Virus record (IMG/VR): IMGVR_UViG_3300010267_000001 | Location: 1 to 59,759 of that record | Origin: a virus | Lineage: Duplodnaviria > Caudoviricetes | Direction: 5' to 3' (one strand) | Length of the DNA: 59,759 nt | In this document: positions 17,799 to 26,803 of the stretch, piece after piece | Layout: the number at the start of each line of letters is the position of its first letter | Numbering within the stretch: position 1 is the stretch's first letter | Position numbers and translations under genes: made by a program | The notes under the pieces: generated by a model | What the model was told of the DNA's origin: nothing | The model's database searches: none | Seen by the model: only the letters and a program-made list of their open reading frames with translations

Positions 17799-18188
17799 AT
17801 GAAAAAACAATTATTGTTCAGATTAACTAAAAAAGATTTTATAGTTCAACCATTTAAGGCATCAGGTAATGGAGGACAAAAACGCAATAAAACAATGAGT
17901 GCTTGTAGAATAATTCACCCTGCTTCTGGTGCTGTGGCTGAAGCAAAAGAAGAACGAAGTTTTTTTCAAAATCGTGCAAATGCTTTTAAAAGATTAGTAG
18001 AAAAACCTGAATTTAAAAAATGGCACAAAATACAATGTGCAAAAGCATTAGGAAAATACATAGATATTGAAAAATGGGTAGAAGAACAAATGGATTTAAA
18101 AAATCTTAAAATTGAAATTCAGAAAGACGGAAAATGGGTCAAAGTAGATAATATTCCAGAAAACTATGACGATTTGGAAGAAGAATAA
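17799..18188 (+). CDS. peptide-chain-release-factor-like (RF-1 domain, ArfB/PrfH-like) protein
   Basis: FKASGNGGQKRNKTMSACRIIHPASG...ERSFFQNRANAFKRL with the GGQ motif. Confidence 0.88.
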   Translation: MKKQLLFRLTKKDFIVQPFKASGNGGQKRNKTMSACRIIHPASGAVAEAKEERSFFQNRANAFKRLVEKPEFKKWHKIQCAKALGKYIDIEKWVEEQMDLKNLKIEIQKDGKWVKVDNIPENYDDLEEE

Positions 18189-18210
18189 AAAAAATGAATA
18201 AATCAACAAT

Positions 18211-18405
18211 TTGGTGGTAAATGTGGATTTTATCAATCAAAAACTGTATCATAATCAAGTTATAAAAGAACAATACAAAAATGGGAAAGAATTATACATT
18301 ATAACTATAAACGATGGTAACAAATATGTGCTTTGGCACAACAATAAACAAATAGCATCATCTAAAAATGTAATTGAATTGCATAAAAAAATAAAAAATT
18401 ATTAA
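18211..18405 (+). CDS. hypothetical protein
   Basis: ORF; start probably GTG 18223. Confidence 0.55.
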   Translation: MVVNVDFINQKLYHNQVIKEQYKNGKELYIITINDGNKYVLWHNNKQIASSKNVIELHKKIKNY

Positions 18406-18420
18406 AGAAAGGATGATTAT

Positions 18421-19065
18421 ATGAAAATTGAAAACACACAAGTATTTGGATTTGAAGCAGCTATTAGAGCAATGAGGAATCCCCTCAATAGTTGGGACAA
18501 AAGCGATAGCAGAATTAAAAGTTGTGATGACCCTTTATATTGGGCTGATAAAAACGCAAATGAAGAAAGGTTTGTTCTTGGCGAAAAAGATATGCAATTG
18601 TCTCAAAAATTGAGCAAAGCAGGAACAGAACATTGTAAACACTTGCGTCTTATTCAAGTTTGGTTTGATATTACTGCTCCGAGGTTTTTCTACATTGAAT
18701 TTGATACATATAAACATAAAGAAAATGTAAGTTGTTCAACAATGCATACGTTAATGAAGAAACCTATATCAGAACAAGACTTTGAAAAAGACAATGTTCC
18801 TGCTACATTAATTGAAAAAATAAATACATATATTGGACTATACCAGCAGGCAGATGACGCAGAAGAAAAAAGAGATTATTTAGTTGCATGTAAAAACATA
18901 CTACCTGAAGGATTTTTGCAAAAACGTACAGTATGCACTAATTATCAAACATTATTAAGTATATATATGCAAAGGAAAGCCCACCGACTTCCACAATGGC
19001 AATACTTTTGCAACTGGATAACTAATTTGCCATATTTCAAAGAAATGACAGGAATCGAGGTGTAA
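18421..19065 (+). CDS. ThyX-like (flavin-dependent thymidylate synthase fold) phage protein
   Basis: GFEAAIRAMRNP..SDS, H.K.LR.I.V..DITAP, EFDTYK, SCSTMH, LPEGFLQKRT, QRKAHRLPQW; canonical RHR motif not seen. Confidence 0.7.
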   Translation: MKIENTQVFGFEAAIRAMRNPLNSWDKSDSRIKSCDDPLYWADKNANEERFVLGEKDMQLSQKLSKAGTEHCKHLRLIQVWFDITAPRFFYIEFDTYKHKENVSCSTMHTLMKKPISEQDFEKDNVPATLIEKINTYIGLYQQADDAEEKRDYLVACKNILPEGFLQKRTVCTNYQTLLSIYMQRKAHRLPQWQYFCNWITNLPYFKEMTGIEV

Positions 19066-19067
19066 TT

Positions 19068-19289
19068 ATGATAACTTTTCTTTCATGGATAGCAACAATA
19101 GGAAGTATAATTGGTAATATTGGAGTAATTAAAAAGAAACTATGGGGAATGAAAGTTTGGACTTTTGCAACTGCTGTATGGATAATTTATGCCTTAATAA
19201 CTCACAACAAAGCACAATTAATTATGTTTTGTTTTTATGAAGTTTTAAACTTGTATGGCTGGTATAAATGGAAATATAAAAAATATTAA
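19068..19289 (+). CDS. small membrane protein (PnuC/SWEET-repeat-like)
   Basis: Three hydrophobic helices, C-terminal NLYGWYKW. Confidence 0.6.
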   Translation: MITFLSWIATIGSIIGNIGVIKKKLWGMKVWTFATAVWIIYALITHNKAQLIMFCFYEVLNLYGWYKWKYKKY

Positions 19290-19312
19290 TATAAAATTGA
19301 AAGGAGTTACAT

Positions 19313-19849
19313 ATGAAGATTATTACCATATCTGCCAAAGCTCAACATGGTAAAGATTTAACTGCTTCTATATTAAAAGAAAAACTTGAACAACAAAGTA
19401 AAAAAGTATTAATAGTACATCATGCTGATTATTTGAAATTTATATGCAAAGAGTATTTTGGATGGAATGGTGTAAAAGATGAAAAAGGCAGGTCATTACT
19501 TCAAAAAATAGGCACAGATAAAATACGGAAAATAGACCCTGATTTTCATGTAAGTATTGTTGCAAAATTAATTAATGTATTTGCTAATGATTTTGACTAT
19601 TTTTTAATTCCAGATACACGATTCGTTAATGAAATTGAATATCTAAAAAATAATAAATTCAACGTTATAAGCCTACACGTTGAAAGGTTAAATTTTGAAA
19701 ATAATCTTACGTCAGAACAAAAACTTCATCCTTCTGAAACTGCCTTAGATAATTATAAATTTGATTATTATATAAAAGTTGAATCAGGCAGAGAAATACT
19801 TGAAGCAGAAGTAGATAAATTCATTAAATTTTTAAACGGAGGTCATTGA
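19313..19849 (+). CDS. deoxynucleotide monophosphate kinase-like protein
   Basis: SAKAQHGKD P-loop, ADYLK, RSLLQKIGTD, PDTRF.NE, HPSETALD. Confidence 0.85.
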   Translation: MKIITISAKAQHGKDLTASILKEKLEQQSKKVLIVHHADYLKFICKEYFGWNGVKDEKGRSLLQKIGTDKIRKIDPDFHVSIVAKLINVFANDFDYFLIPDTRFVNEIEYLKNNKFNVISLHVERLNFENNLTSEQKLHPSETALDNYKFDYYIKVESGREILEAEVDKFIKFLNGGH

Positions 19850-20274
19850 TGTTTATATATACTATAGGTAGTCTTACATATTATTATCGCACAAAGCAGC
19901 CAGAAAAAGGGCATATATGGAGAGAAATGCTAAAACAATGGGCTTCTGATAATGGTGTTAAAGTTTTTGATCCAGCTTCTACTTACGCTAAAGAAATCAA
20001 TCATTCTTATAATCCTAAACTGTGTGTAGAACAAAACAATTATTATATAGATAAGTGTGATATAGCAGTAGTTAATATGGATTGCCTTGAAGAAAGTCCT
20101 GGGAGTATATATGAATTAGTTAGATTTAAAGAATTAGGAAAACCAGTAATAGCATTTGGAAAAAGTAAATGGGATTGGAGTCCACATATACAATATTGCA
20201 TATCTCACCAATGCGAAACTTTAGAAGAAGTAATTGAATTGCTATCGAATATGTTTAATCAAGGAAATTTTTAA
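19846..20274 (+). CDS. nucleoside 2-deoxyribosyltransferase-like protein
   Basis: IYTIGS, WRE, VFDP, IDKCDIAVV, SPGSIYEL, GKPVIAF. Confidence 0.8.
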   Translation: MMFIYTIGSLTYYYRTKQPEKGHIWREMLKQWASDNGVKVFDPASTYAKEINHSYNPKLCVEQNNYYIDKCDIAVVNMDCLEESPGSIYELVRFKELGKPVIAFGKSKWDWSPHIQYCISHQCETLEEVIELLSNMFNQGNF

Positions 20275-20297
20275 TTAGGGAGGGAAGTAGGCAAACT

Positions 20298-20498
20298 ATG
20301 ACGAACAATTTAATTACTCCCAAAGAATTTTATAAATACTTATGCAAAAATGGGAAGGGTACAATAGGAATAAATACCGTTTATAGGATGGTTAGAAGGA
20401 AGGATTTTCCTGCATTGAAAATAGGCAAAAGATTCTATATAATAGAAAATAAAGTTGATGAATGGTTGAATAAACAAGCAGAAAAGTTTTGGTGTTAG
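20298..20498 (+). CDS. xis: excisionase / recombination directionality factor (HTH_17)
   Basis: IGINTVYRMVRRKDFPALKIGKRFYI; adjacent to attP and integrase. Confidence 0.85.
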   Translation: MTNNLITPKEFYKYLCKNGKGTIGINTVYRMVRRKDFPALKIGKRFYIIENKVDEWLNKQAEKFWC

Positions 20499-20599
20499 AA
20501 TTGCTGTACGAAAATAAAATTACTGTACAATTACTGTACTAAATTTTAAAACAAAACCGCAAATACTTATAAAATAAGGCTTCTATAAATTGTTATACA

Positions 20600-20648
20600 A
20601 GGTCTGCAAAACCTTTATTCCCCAGTTCGAATCTGGGTGGCGTCTCCA
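20600..20648 (+). tRNA. 3' fragment of tRNA-Cys(GCA), att core; not a complete tRNA
   Basis: AGGT-CTGCAAA-ACCT anticodon arm, CCCAG-TTCGAAT-CTGGG T arm, ...CTCCA; D arm and 5' acceptor strand absent. Confidence 0.85.
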
Positions 20649-20652
20649 GAAG

Positions 20653-20698
20653 AAAATCCCGTAAGATGCTGATTTCAAGCGTCTTACGGGATTTTTTA
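20653..20698 (+). terminator. strong hairpin/terminator after the tRNA fragment
   Basis: AAAATCCCGTAAGA(T)GCT...AGCGTCTTACGGGATTTTTT. Confidence 0.75.
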
Positions 20699-20850
20699 TT
20701 TCAAAAAAACACTCAAATATTGTTACAAAATTTTGCATTTTTTCACCCGTTTTAACCAACTTTTACTGAATAATTACTGTACTAATTACTGTACTTGTCC
20801 TTGATTTATATTGCAATATGTGATAATATTTCTACGAGGTGATTTCATAC

Positions 20851-22053
20851 ATGAAAGGTGATTCTGTTAAGAAAAAAAAGAAAAAGAAAAGGGGTCGTGG
20901 AGAAGGAAGTATATATCAACGGAAAAATGGATTGTGGGCAGCATCAATACAAATTGGTACAGACGAATCAGGTAAACCCATTATTAAATACTTTTATTCA
21001 AAAGAACAAAAAGAAGTAGTAAACAAACTAAATGAATTTAAATTACTCCAAGCACAAGGTTTTGATAAACTAATATCTACTACACTTAAAGATTATATTA
21101 CTAGCTGGTTGGTTAATGTAAAATTTTATGAACTAAAACCATTGTCTTATGACCGTTTAGAATCCACTATTAATAATCAAATTATTCCTAGACTTGGTTT
21201 TTATAAATTAGATGTTAAAAATGAACTTACTGCTTCTATTATTCAAACAGAATTAATTAATAAAATGTTTGCAGAAGGTTATTCTTATTCTTCTATTAAA
21301 AAAGCCTACAATGCATTAAACGGATGCTTAAAATATGCTTCAAAAAACAGACAAATTCTTTTTAACCCTATGGAAACAGTTGTCATGCCTTCAGAAACAA
21401 AATTTGAAAAAAAGGAAATCGAAATACTAACTGATGATGAAATAAAAAGATTTGAAGAAGCTTGTACTGTAAAACATAAAAATGGAGAATTGGTTTTTAA
21501 AATAGGATATGGATTTATACTAATACTCTATACTGGAATTAGAATGGCAGAAGCATTAGCTTTAAAATGGTCTGATGTAAATTTGGAAAATAAAACCATT
21601 AAAATTGATAGTAGTGTAGTTATGGTTAAAAATCGCAAAGTAAATGATAATGCACCAAAAAATATTTTAATTGAACAAGATAGTACCAAAACACAAAAAA
21701 GTAAAAGAACTATTAAATTGTGCAAAAAAGCATATAATAGTCTTGTTGAACTCAATAAAATATTTAATTACGATAAAGATGATTATATTTTTCAAACAGC
21801 AAACAAAACGCCAATAAGACCACGAAATTTACAAAATACATTTGATGCTATATTAGCTAGAGCAAATATAGGACACAAAGGTATTCACTCTCTCCGTCAT
21901 ACTTTTGCATCTATGTTATTCAAAAAGAAAGTAGATGTAAAACACGTTAGTGAAATATTAGGTCATGCAGATGTAAGAATTACTTATCAAACATACATCC
22001 ATTTGATACAAGAACAAAAAGATAGTGCTATAGATTTACTTGATGAAGAATGA
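20851..22053 (+). CDS. int: tyrosine integrase
   Basis: N-terminal RGRGEGSIYQRKNG arm-binding domain; YTGIRMAE, HSLRHT, LGHADVRITYQTY. Confidence 0.95.
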   Translation: MKGDSVKKKKKKKRGRGEGSIYQRKNGLWAASIQIGTDESGKPIIKYFYSKEQKEVVNKLNEFKLLQAQGFDKLISTTLKDYITSWLVNVKFYELKPLSYDRLESTINNQIIPRLGFYKLDVKNELTASIIQTELINKMFAEGYSYSSIKKAYNALNGCLKYASKNRQILFNPMETVVMPSETKFEKKEIEILTDDEIKRFEEACTVKHKNGELVFKIGYGFILILYTGIRMAEALALKWSDVNLENKTIKIDSSVVMVKNRKVNDNAPKNILIEQDSTKTQKSKRTIKLCKKAYNSLVELNKIFNYDKDDYIFQTANKTPIRPRNLQNTFDAILARANIGHKGIHSLRHTFASMLFKKKVDVKHVSEILGHADVRITYQTYIHLIQEQKDSAIDLLDEE

Positions 22054-22074
22054 AGAATAAAGCCCTTTTTTTAA

Positions 22075-22470
22075 TTACTCTACTTCATCATCTTTAGCTA
22101 TTTTTAAATTCAATCCAGCAGTAATTAGCTGAAGCAATATTTCTCTTCTGTTGTCTGTCAATTCAATCCCTAACACAATGCATTTGTCTACAGCATATTT
22201 ATACGCTTCTTCTACCATATTGTTAGGATTCTCATTAATTGCAATTACATATTCAATACTATCTTGAACAATATTTGCGATAGTCAAAAGCTGCTTCTCC
22301 TTTTTTAAATTTAGCTCGTCAATGATTTTAAGAGTTAAATCAAATGTTTTCGCAACAAATAAAAGCTGTTCATTTGTAATAATTCCTCTTGTATTTAGAA
22401 ACTTTGCACCTATAGTTAATCCAACAACAAACAATGCAACTCCTATTACATAAAAAACCGTATAATCCAT
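22075..22470 (-). CDS. putative holin (single N-terminal transmembrane helix)
   Basis: Hydrophobic N-terminus; directly after endolysin. Confidence 0.6.
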   Translation of the reverse strand: MDYTVFYVIGVALFVVGLTIGAKFLNTRGIITNEQLLFVAKTFDLTLKIIDELNLKKEKQLLTIANIVQDSIEYVIAINENPNNMVEEAYKYAVDKCIVLGIELTDNRREILLQLITAGLNLKIAKDDEVE

Positions 22471-22484
22471 AAACTAACTCCTCC

Positions 22485-24293
22485 TTAACTTAATGCACTA
22501 ATAGCACTTTTAATTTTAGCTTTTAAAATGCTAACTTCATTTTTTAATTCTTGAATTTCTTTACTATAATCTTTTTCTACATAATCTTTTACATAGTCAC
22601 CACTTATAAAAGCATCTTTTCCATTATAGTTTATACGATACCAATTATTAGCCTTGCCAGTAACCTGAACTATATCGCCATTTTTTAACTGTCCAAGTAT
22701 TTTAGAATTTGTATTAGGTAATTCACGCACATTCAAAGCAGTATTTACATTAATTATCTTTTTGCATATTAAACTATCAATGAGCATAATATCATCATCC
22801 TCCAATTTAGGTTCGCCATTCCCAAAAATAAGATTAATCTCATTCGCAAGTTCTTTTGCTGATTTATCTGAAATAGTTTCATCTAAAAGTAGTTTTTCTT
22901 CATTGGGATTTGAATGGAAAGCTCTTTCAACAAGGAACACATGAGGTACTTCATACAGATTGTTATCATCCATTAACTTTTTATAATTAGCGGCAACGTC
23001 AATTATAGTATAATAATCAAATCCCGCTCTTGTTGTACTGGGTCTGGTTAATGCCCCTCTAAAATTAATCCCATAAGATTTAGCAATACATTTACCAATT
23101 CTCTCAGCTAAACTCTTATCATTTGGTCTATTAATAGAATAATAAACCGATGTGCCACCTGCACTGGTATTAGTAGGCAATGCATCTGAATGAATACTCA
23201 TAAATACCAATGCTTTATTGTCTATTGCTACTCTTGCTCTTTCAGATAGAGATAGGGTAGTGGAATTTGTAGGTCGTGTCATTATTACTGTAAAACCATG
23301 TTCTTCTAAATACTTCTTTAGCTTGTGTCCATATTCCCAATTGCCTTCATGTTCTTTATACTTTTTTGAATATCCAAGATTTTTATTATCAGCAACAGAA
23401 TCATGTCCGCAGTCAATTACAATTGTTACTCCATTTTTTTTAACGGTAGTATACGGTACTAAATAACTCAAACTTACCCATCCATCATCAGTAAAAGCCC
23501 ATCCATTCTTTTCTTCGTACACATTTACAACCATACCATTGGAATAAGTTCCAAGTATGTTACCAGATGTAGATGGTGCAGAGCGTATATTCAAAGCAGA
23601 TGCAACATTTACTTTCATAACCTTTAGGGGTTTTGGTTTCTTAATATAGAACGCTAAGAAATTATCAACAGCACGATTTTCTGTAACATGATTAATTACT
23701 TTGTCTTTATACATTAATCTTGTACTACCACCACCATCTAAATTCATGGCATTGGTACACTTTAATTCATTTAATGCAAAGGTAGCCAATTCATTTAAAG
23801 TCATACCTATATAGCCCTGATTTGGATTTCTGCCATCCGCAATGATTATGTAGAAGTATTCATTATTCATACCAATAGCGGTACGAGGATGTCTTGAGTT
23901 TACAAATCCGTTATCCAAACCTCTCGTATCTATTGAAATTTTTCCATTAACCACAAGAGAAGGGCAAGCACCGATGTAATCCTTCAAATTTGCCGAAGAG
24001 TTGTATGCTTCAAATTTCAATGTACCGTCTTTATATATACTTAATCCAAACATTGCACCATATCCTAATGCAATCAGTTTTCCTTCATCAACAACAGTAG
24101 TAATTGTAGCTCCATCTTTCATATTATAAAGACTACCATTAATTAAAAAGGTAGGTTTTTCAGTTAGTCTATTATAGCAACTAGACATAGTTTCTGTAGG
24201 TTGCTTTGCCATAATCATATCCACTTTTTCTATATTAGAAAGTGGTATTTTAACCACTGTTATGTATTTTTTGGGATTCAGGATTTCATACAC
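22485..24293 (-). CDS. multidomain endolysin: phosphodiester glycosidase (NAGPA-like) + SH3b + Amidase_3 + SH3b
   Basis: HPRTAIG, ADGR, NLDGGGS; LNIRSAPS; IDCGH...EH...SIHSDA...LVERAFHSN; LNVRELP. Confidence 0.9.
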   Translation of the reverse strand: MYEILNPKKYITVVKIPLSNIEKVDMIMAKQPTETMSSCYNRLTEKPTFLINGSLYNMKDGATITTVVDEGKLIALGYGAMFGLSIYKDGTLKFEAYNSSANLKDYIGACPSLVVNGKISIDTRGLDNGFVNSRHPRTAIGMNNEYFYIIIADGRNPNQGYIGMTLNELATFALNELKCTNAMNLDGGGSTRLMYKDKVINHVTENRAVDNFLAFYIKKPKPLKVMKVNVASALNIRSAPSTSGNILGTYSNGMVVNVYEEKNGWAFTDDGWVSLSYLVPYTTVKKNGVTIVIDCGHDSVADNKNLGYSKKYKEHEGNWEYGHKLKKYLEEHGFTVIMTRPTNSTTLSLSERARVAIDNKALVFMSIHSDALPTNTSAGGTSVYYSINRPNDKSLAERIGKCIAKSYGINFRGALTRPSTTRAGFDYYTIIDVAANYKKLMDDNNLYEVPHVFLVERAFHSNPNEEKLLLDETISDKSAKELANEINLIFGNGEPKLEDDDIMLIDSLICKKIINVNTALNVRELPNTNSKILGQLKNGDIVQVTGKANNWYRINYNGKDAFISGDYVKDYVEKDYSKEIQELKNEVSILKAKIKSAISALS

Positions 24294-24322
24294 CTTCTAT
24301 CAACTCCTTCCGATGATAACCA

Positions 24323-24865
24323 TCAACCAACGCTATTAGTGTCATTGTCAATATCTATATCTAAAAGCTTATTACTTTCTTTTCTAAACTTGTTCAACAA
24401 CCCATTCACAAAAAATTCAGCGAATTTTGCATCCCTGAGATTCTCCAGTATGCTAATTGTTTCATATAAAAACAAAGCACTATAAAGTACACTTGCTATT
24501 GCATTTCCAATGAATATTTGTGGTGTTATGCTGGCAACATTAGCAATAGTTAAACAAATAAAATAACCTATGATTTTTGTAATAAACCCTTCCCAAAATG
24601 CATGACTTGAAAAGTTTCCATTTTTAAATGCTTTTATCAAACCTTTATTTTGAACTCTAATTGCATAAAGTCTTGTTATAAAATCACTAACAAAAAATAC
24701 CAATGTTGCAATCAATATGGCTTTCTGAGCAGGATATCCAATTAAATAAGCCATTAAAGTAACAATAGGGAATAGCACATTACGATATGTTGCATTCCAT
24801 ACATGCAAAAAAAATTCTCTAATACCATTAATAACGTTCATCAGATTCACGTGAATTACCCCCAA
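24323..24865 (-). CDS. phage holin (family 4, toxin secretion/phage lysis)
   Basis: DFITRL, FSS..FWEGFITKI, ETISILENL; start probably 24841. Confidence 0.8.
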   Translation of the reverse strand: MGVIHVNLMNVINGIREFFLHVWNATYRNVLFPIVTLMAYLIGYPAQKAILIATLVFFVSDFITRLYAIRVQNKGLIKAFKNGNFSSHAFWEGFITKIIGYFICLTIANVASITPQIFIGNAIASVLYSALFLYETISILENLRDAKFAEFFVNGLLNKFRKESNKLLDIDIDNDTNSVG

Positions 24866-25033
24866 ACTTTATTGTAAATAAATCATCAATATATGTAATA
24901 TCAATAGGCATAGTGAAAGAAAAAGGAGGTTTATTCACTATGCCTATTACATTACATATTTTTATTTTATTCAAGTATAAATATGGAAATTTTTATTTTA
25001 TTTGTTTATAAAAACAATGTCATATAATCGTCC

Positions 25034-25165
25034 TTATGTAACATCTAATAATGCAAATACACACTCTTGTAAATTACTCAAGTTCGGTACTTGTTCCCTC
25101 GTGTAATTCCCGTTTGCCACATTCCTCGCCCAAATTTTAACTAATGCACTTTCAGTTGTAAACAT
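25034..25165 (-). CDS. 43-aa XkdX/CD1375-like small protein (not in ORF track)
   Basis: GGAGGT RBS; MFTTESALVKIWARNVANGNYTREQVPNLSNLQECV. Confidence 0.7.
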   Translation of the reverse strand: MFTTESALVKIWARNVANGNYTREQVPNLSNLQECVFALLDVT

Positions 25166-25166
25166 A

Positions 25167-25631
25167 TTAATTACCTCCTCCTAATAACATTGATAATTCA
25201 AGTATTGCCTGCTCATTTTCTTGTACTTTTTGCTCTTGCATAGCCGATATAGTTGTCATTTCTAGCAATGCGTTTTCCAATTCCTTTGCTCGTTCTTTTA
25301 ATTCATTATTTTCCATTTTCAAAAACTCATTTTCTCTCTGTAAATTTTCTACTTGTACAGTCAACGGTGGATCGTATTTCGGGTACTCAAATAACAATTC
25401 TTTGGTTTCAGGGTCGACCTTTATACTTCTTGCCGATTGAAATTCTGCCGCATACTGACCGTATTCTAACTGTATAACCCCCACTGTATCTGGATTTCTG
25501 GCTGCTAATACGGGATAAATTTGAAAGTCTTGCTCCTTAGTAGTATTTGTTGCATTAATCCCATGTTTTTCTGGGATTTCTAAAATTACATCTCCTGTTG
25601 CTAATTCATAATATATTTTTCTTCCTATCAT
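25167..25631 (-). CDS. tail fibre-associated/assembly protein (XkdW-like)
   Basis: MIGRKIYYELATGDVI, C-terminal coiled coil, located after a fibre gene. Confidence 0.7.
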   Translation of the reverse strand: MIGRKIYYELATGDVILEIPEKHGINATNTTKEQDFQIYPVLAARNPDTVGVIQLEYGQYAAEFQSARSIKVDPETKELLFEYPKYDPPLTVQVENLQRENEFLKMENNELKERAKELENALLEMTTISAMQEQKVQENEQAILELSMLLGGGN

Positions 25632-25645
25632 TCAAAGCCCTCCTT

Positions 25646-26713
25646 TTATACTAGCCAAATTCTATAAATTTGCACATATCCCCAATTTGATGTACTTGTA
25701 TTACGACGCATGAGTATTCTAAGATAATAAGAACCATTTATATTGTAAACATCTAATGTGTCTATTTGTTTGGAAGTAGACCATCCAAATCTTTTAAATA
25801 ATTCTTCAATATAAGTATTATCATGAAAATCTCTATCTGGATTAGGAGATATATGCACTTTTGCTTCTATATTATAAATATCACCTGACACCGCCCATTC
25901 AATATATAAAGTGGATTTTCCTGTAAAATCCATTGGATGAAAAAATTCTATGCCAGCATAATAATCATAATTTAGTGAACCTAACTTGATATATGAATCT
26001 GTAAATTCTACAATCCCTTCATATTCTCCACTTGGTATTTTAGCTTTTTTAAGTGATTGTGCAACACCAATTACTCCATCTGAGTAAAGTTCTGTATTTA
26101 TACCTTTAAGCGTTCCTAATACACCAAATATATTAACTCCCTTTTTAATATTACTAGGTATTAAATCGCTATCGCCTACTACATATCCTGTTCCATCGTG
26201 GTAACCTCGTGGAATAGCTATATTAACAGTGCTTGGGGTAATAATTTTCTGTCCCTGATTCGGCATTGTGCCAGCTACTATTCCTTGTTCTGTTCCTATT
26301 GTATAGCCTTGTAATACATGTTCGGGCTGGGCGGTTCCATACTCACCTCCTTCACCCAATAACTGAAAAACCGAACCAGTGTAAACAAGATGGCATATCT
26401 GCCCCGCTTTTATGTTACCTCCTGATAAAGCATTTCCATTACTTTTTCGTATTTCTTTTGCTCCTAGTCCATTGATGTTTAATGTACTTGCCCCTGTATT
26501 TGCATTGGTAAATTTTATTTTTACACTCAAGCCCTCTACAAGTGTTGTAATTCCAGGTATAGATACTGTATAGGAGTTTGTTCCACTTGCTACAGCATAT
26601 TTAATTTCAATTTCATTTTTTATATCAGAATAATGTTTTCCATCTAATGTATCAGCATCTTTTGCATCCAAAATTTCCCATGTTGTCCCATTCCAATATT
26701 TCATCTTAGCCAT
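25646..26713 (-). CDS. tail fibre / receptor-binding protein
   Basis: NTGASTLNINGLGAK, GTAQPEHVLQG, IPRGYHDGTG, LIPSNIKKGVNIFGV modules. Confidence 0.8.
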   Translation of the reverse strand: MAKMKYWNGTTWEILDAKDADTLDGKHYSDIKNEIEIKYAVASGTNSYTVSIPGITTLVEGLSVKIKFTNANTGASTLNINGLGAKEIRKSNGNALSGGNIKAGQICHLVYTGSVFQLLGEGGEYGTAQPEHVLQGYTIGTEQGIVAGTMPNQGQKIITPSTVNIAIPRGYHDGTGYVVGDSDLIPSNIKKGVNIFGVLGTLKGINTELYSDGVIGVAQSLKKAKIPSGEYEGIVEFTDSYIKLGSLNYDYYAGIEFFHPMDFTGKSTLYIEWAVSGDIYNIEAKVHISPNPDRDFHDNTYIEELFKRFGWSTSKQIDTLDVYNINGSYYLRILMRRNTSTSNWGYVQIYRIWLV

Positions 26714-26745
26714 AAAAAAATATCATCTCCTTTGTCACAAAATAA

Positions 26746-26782
26746 AAACATCTCTCACCTACAAAAAAGGCAAGAGATGTTT
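26746..26782 (-). terminator. putative terminator between fibre genes
   Basis: AAACATCTCT...AGAGATGTTT inverted repeat. Confidence 0.55.
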
Positions 26783-26803
26783 GAATAAAACTAAAATTTT
26801 ATA

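Larger units (their letters stand above)
20501..20794. mobile_element. attP: attP site: tRNA-Cys-derived core with integrase arm-type repeats
   Basis: TTACTGTAC-type repeats at 20501, 20520, 20531 and 20763, 20774, 20786 flank the tRNA fragment, between xis and int. Confidence 0.85.

Noticed and set aside
20600-20648. Functional phage tRNA-Cys gene
   Set aside because: D arm and 5' acceptor strand are missing; the context identifies it as the att core
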